Assembly (NCBI GenBank): GCA_963665235.2
Contig: CAXXLX010000001.1
Coordinates: forward strand, 2,208,001 to 2,272,000
From: Candidatus Poribacteria bacterium
GTDB lineage: Bacteria > Poribacteria > WGA-4E > WGA-3G
DNA: 64,000 bases
Direction of reading: 5' to 3'
Shown: one piece after another, positions 60,951 through 64,000 of the stretch
Layout: every line of letters starts with the position of its first letter
Numbering within the stretch: the stretch's first letter is position 1
Notes under the pieces: model-generated
Told to the model about the DNA's origin: nothing
What the model saw: the letters and a program-made list of their open reading frames with translations, nothing else
The model's database searches: none
Made by a program: the position numbers and the translations under genes

Positions 60951-61829
60951 ATGCCCAAACGCGTTAATAAAGCAATTGAATTGTTAGCAGCCGACCAGCC
61001 GGTCTTCTATACAGGCAGCCATACAGGTGCAGACTTGAACTACGATGCCGGTCGCGCCATGGCAAAAACATGGGCGGATTATATCAACGTCGGGATGGAA
61101 CACGGTTGTTTCGATCTGGCGGGATTAGATAATTTCATGCGGGGCCTTGCCGATGGCGGCCCTACCAACAGCGGACACAAAACCCCTGCCGTGATTGTTG
61201 AGCTGCCGGTAGATGGAGTCAGTGCAGAAGTGATTCGCGCCAACGGCTGGCAGATGCGGCAACTTTTGGCACGCGGGGTGCATGGACTTCTGCTTTGCCA
61301 TGCCGAATCACCGATGGCTGTCAAGGCGTTTGTAGAGGCATGCCGATACCCGTTCCAGACAATCGGTGTCGGAACGCAATTGGAGGTCGGCAGACGCGGC
61401 TCCGCAGGACAGGGGACCGCAGCCCCTATCTGGGGGATTTCTGTCGATAAATATCTGGATGTCGCCGACCCGTGGCCGTTGAATCCGGATGGCGAATTGC
61501 TCCTTGGACTGAAGATTGAAAACAGACGTGCCTTAGCGAACGTTGAAGTCACAGCTCGGGTGCCCGGTATCGCTTTTGCAGAATGGGGCCCGGGAGATAT
61601 GAGTATGTCGTTCGGTTACAAACACCCGCCAAACCCTCGTCCGCAGGAGCTACAGGATGCAAGGGACCGGGTGTTCGCAGCATGTAAATCGGCAGGACTT
61701 ATCTTTTTAGAGAGCGCATCCCCGGACACAATTGAGGCGAGCATTGATGCAGGCGTACGAATCTGTGGGTCAGGCGAAGCATGCGCGCGTATCGGACGGG
61801 CTTACGCAGGCAGAACGATGCCTGTTTAG
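60951..61829 (+). CDS. HpcH/HpaI aldolase/citrate lyase family protein
   Basis: GMEHG, LKIEN and EWGPGDMSMS motifs. Confidence 0.8.
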   Translation: MPKRVNKAIELLAADQPVFYTGSHTGADLNYDAGRAMAKTWADYINVGMEHGCFDLAGLDNFMRGLADGGPTNSGHKTPAVIVELPVDGVSAEVIRANGWQMRQLLARGVHGLLLCHAESPMAVKAFVEACRYPFQTIGVGTQLEVGRRGSAGQGTAAPIWGISVDKYLDVADPWPLNPDGELLLGLKIENRRALANVEVTARVPGIAFAEWGPGDMSMSFGYKHPPNPRPQELQDARDRVFAACKSAGLIFLESASPDTIEASIDAGVRICGSGEACARIGRAYAGRTMPV

Positions 61830-61860
61830 GCGATAATATATATATACTGTGAGGTGAACT

Positions 61861-62595
61861 ATGGCACTAACAGAACAGGAAATGTTAGCAGAATTACGGC
61901 AATTTGACACACCCTCCATAACAAATGTGGTGGCCACGTATCCAGGCAATCCACTTTGCCTTGGACTTTACAACCCGTGGACAGAAAATTGGTACACAGA
62001 TACAACTATCCGGTGTATGTATCCGGCGTTAGGCGCGGTTGCAGGATACGCGGTGACCTGTGTTTACGGTTTACCCGATCCGAATTATTCGGAGCTCTCC
62101 TTCATGGACGTGATTGATGCGTTAGATGCCGCTAAAAAACCGACTATTTTGGCATTTCAGCAGAAATTCCCGCCCGAATTAGCGGACAAGGTCGGATTAG
62201 CAGGCGGTAACATGACAGCGGCGATGAAATCGGTCGGATGTTTAGGCGCGATTTCTAACGGCCCCTCGCGAGACATTGATGAAATTCGTCCGATGGAATT
62301 TCAGTACTTGTTGAGCGGAATCACCCCAGGACACGGAGCAATGGCGGTTCATGCAGTCAATGTTCCCGTTTCAATAGCAGGCATGGATGTCGCACCCGGT
62401 GAGATTATCCACATGGACGAAAATGGGGCGTGCAAGTTCCCAGGGGATAAACTACACGCGGTGTTGACGAACGTCAAAACGTTGCTATCGGAAGAAGGGG
62501 ACCGGATTGGGCAGCTGTTATCAGGACCGAAAACAGCGAAACAGGTTCGCGCTATTTTCGGTGGGCACGCTTACGCTGAAGATGAAGAAAAATAG
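61861..62595 (+). CDS. RraA/HMG aldolase family protein
   Basis: DTPSITN, GGNMT, NGPSRDIDE and GEIIHMDENG motifs. Confidence 0.85.
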   Translation: MALTEQEMLAELRQFDTPSITNVVATYPGNPLCLGLYNPWTENWYTDTTIRCMYPALGAVAGYAVTCVYGLPDPNYSELSFMDVIDALDAAKKPTILAFQQKFPPELADKVGLAGGNMTAAMKSVGCLGAISNGPSRDIDEIRPMEFQYLLSGITPGHGAMAVHAVNVPVSIAGMDVAPGEIIHMDENGACKFPGDKLHAVLTNVKTLLSEEGDRIGQLLSGPKTAKQVRAIFGGHAYAEDEEK

Positions 62596-62605
62596 GCACG
62601 TACCG

Positions 62606-64000
62606 ATGAAAAAAATGAGACGTTTTGGAACCCGAGGTAGGGTATCTCCTGACAAACACTATGTTGTTCCGCGCACCGAAGAGATTGCGGACTATATTGA
62701 CCTTATTAGAGAGGGTCGGTATATCGTTCTCTTCGCGCCACGCCAAACCGGGAAAACCACTTTTTTCCGAATGGCACTTGAGACACTTGCCGCTGAAGAG
62801 GATGCCTACTTTCCGATTCAACTCACTTTTGAGGAGTATGAAGGCTACCCCGTTTTCGATTTTTATGCCTCCTTCCATGTGGAAATGCACGAACAAATTG
62901 AGAGAGTTTTTCAGAGGCGTGGGGAGATTCCTGCTGAGGGTTTAGTACAATTCTTAAAGGACACGAAAATCACCGACCATATTTCAATGCGTAAGTTTTT
63001 TGGAAATCTTACCGGTTTTCTGGACCGGCAATTCGGAACGAGACAGAAAGTTGTTCTTATTATTGACGAGTTTGATGGTATCCCCCAAGCTGCAGTGAGT
63101 GGGTTTTTGCATTCACTCCGCCGTGTTTACCAAGACGATGAAACACAATGTCCTCACAGTGTGAGCATCGTCGGGGTTAAGAGTATTGCACAACTCAGCT
63201 ACAATCGTTCTATCTCTCCCTTCAATATCCAAGATGATTTCAGCTTGCCCAACTTCACCTTGGAGCAGGTGAAAGAGCTACTTTCACAATATACAGATGA
63301 AGTGGGGCAGGACTTCACCGAAGAAGTAATTGAAACGCTGCACAAACAGACCGCCGGGCAACCCTTCCTCGTCAACAGATTCGCACAGATTCTCACCGAA
63401 GAATTGGACGTGCCAAAAACCGAACCGATTCGGATAGCACAGTTCCTAACGGCGCATGAACAGATGCTTGAAGAACAGAATACGAACATTCAGCATCTTC
63501 TAACAAATATTCGTAGAGACCGCCGCTTTGAACGCTTGCTTATGCGGATTACCTCTTATGAGAAAGGGGTGCCGTTCAGTCTTGATGATGAAATCATAAA
63601 TGAACTCGTCATATATGGGGTTATCAAGAGGGGGAATGACAGAATGTGTCAAATTGCTAATCCTATTTATCAACGCCGTATCATGCAAGCCTTCAAACCT
63701 GCGGTAAACGGGTTGGAAACGGTCTATTTTCCTGAAGATGCCGACACAGACTTTATCGATTATCTCACGCCCTCCGGTGAACTTGCCTTAGAAGCCCTAC
63801 TTGACAACTTCAAGGATTTCATTGCGCGGGCAGGATTTCGGATATTGCAGGTGCCGGAAACTCCGCAAGAATACGTTGGACAAAACCTACTCTACGCCTA
63901 TCTCGATCATTTCGTCCGGGTAGTTGGCGCGAATATGTTCCTTGAGGTGCAAACAGGTCGTGGACGTATAGACCTTCTCATCATCCATGAGGCACAAAAA
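62606..64000 (+). CDS. AAA-like ATPase with probable C-terminal PD-(D/E)XK domain (runs off the window end)
   Basis: Not in the ORF track because it has no stop in the window: MKKMRRFGTRG...APRQTGKTT (Walker A), IIDEFD (Walker B), SPFNI, TAGQPFLV, GRIDLLI. Confidence 0.85.
   Translation, partial: MKKMRRFGTRGRVSPDKHYVVPRTEEIADYIDLIREGRYIVLFAPRQTGKTTFFRMALETLAAEEDAYFPIQLTFEEYEGYPVFDFYASFHVEMHEQIERVFQRRGEIPAEGLVQFLKDTKITDHISMRKFFGNLTGFLDRQFGTRQKVVLIIDEFDGIPQAAVSGFLHSLRRVYQDDETQCPHSVSIVGVKSIAQLSYNRSISPFNIQDDFSLPNFTLEQVKELLSQYTDEVGQDFTEEVIETLHKQTAGQPFLVNRFAQILTEELDVPKTEPIRIAQFLTAHEQMLEEQNTNIQHLLTNIRRDRRFERLLMRITSYEKGVPFSLDDEIINELVIYGVIKRGNDRMCQIANPIYQRRIMQAFKPAVNGLETVYFPEDADTDFIDYLTPSGELALEALLDNFKDFIARAGFRILQVPETPQEYVGQNLLYAYLDHFVRVVGANMFLEVQTGRGRIDLLIIHEAQK

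Noticed and set aside
62625-62945. 106-aa plus-strand ORF in the track
   Set aside because: Out-of-frame overlap with the AAA-ATPase gene starting at 62606, which has clear Walker motifs.

Overview
Bacterial chromosome window, most likely Candidatus Poribacteria or a close relative. This is inferred from WD40 and LRR proteins ending in cohesin-dockerin-'NYPNPFNPETW...RKMLILK' tails, PhyH dioxygenases and multiple Rpn genes. Bases 1-20.4 kb are a minus-strand housekeeping block (rpsF-ssb-rpsR-rplI-dnaB-mlaEFD-radA-PIN/TRAM-ispD-ispF-cysS, three lipoproteins, an Rpn nuclease, dprA, accA, DUF711). Bases 20.6-35 kb hold plus-strand metabolic and membrane genes, a second Rpn and a secreted WD40 protein. 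Bases 35-49 kb are an accessory zone. There, two near-identical DUF4159 genes with a consensus sigma-54 promoter bracket a ~6.9 kb cargo; only the first copy keeps a tandem enhancer and a sigma-70 promoter. The cargo contains a candidate multi-hairpin leader RNA split by IS982, a secreted coiled-coil gene split by IS630, an acidic membrane-anchored partner, an FN3 gene with an internal TGA and a T5orf172/GIY-YIG gene. After the second copy come histidine-triad-like membrane proteins and a putative defence cassette (truncated TIR, small TM protein, DUF262, HNH). Bases 49.5-61 kb contain many frameshifts (copA, a Zn-dehydrogenase, a ~6.8 kb cytochrome c-LRR-cohesin-dockerin gene) that may be consensus errors. 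No rRNA, tRNA or CRISPR array was recognised. All calls are by eye, without database searches.
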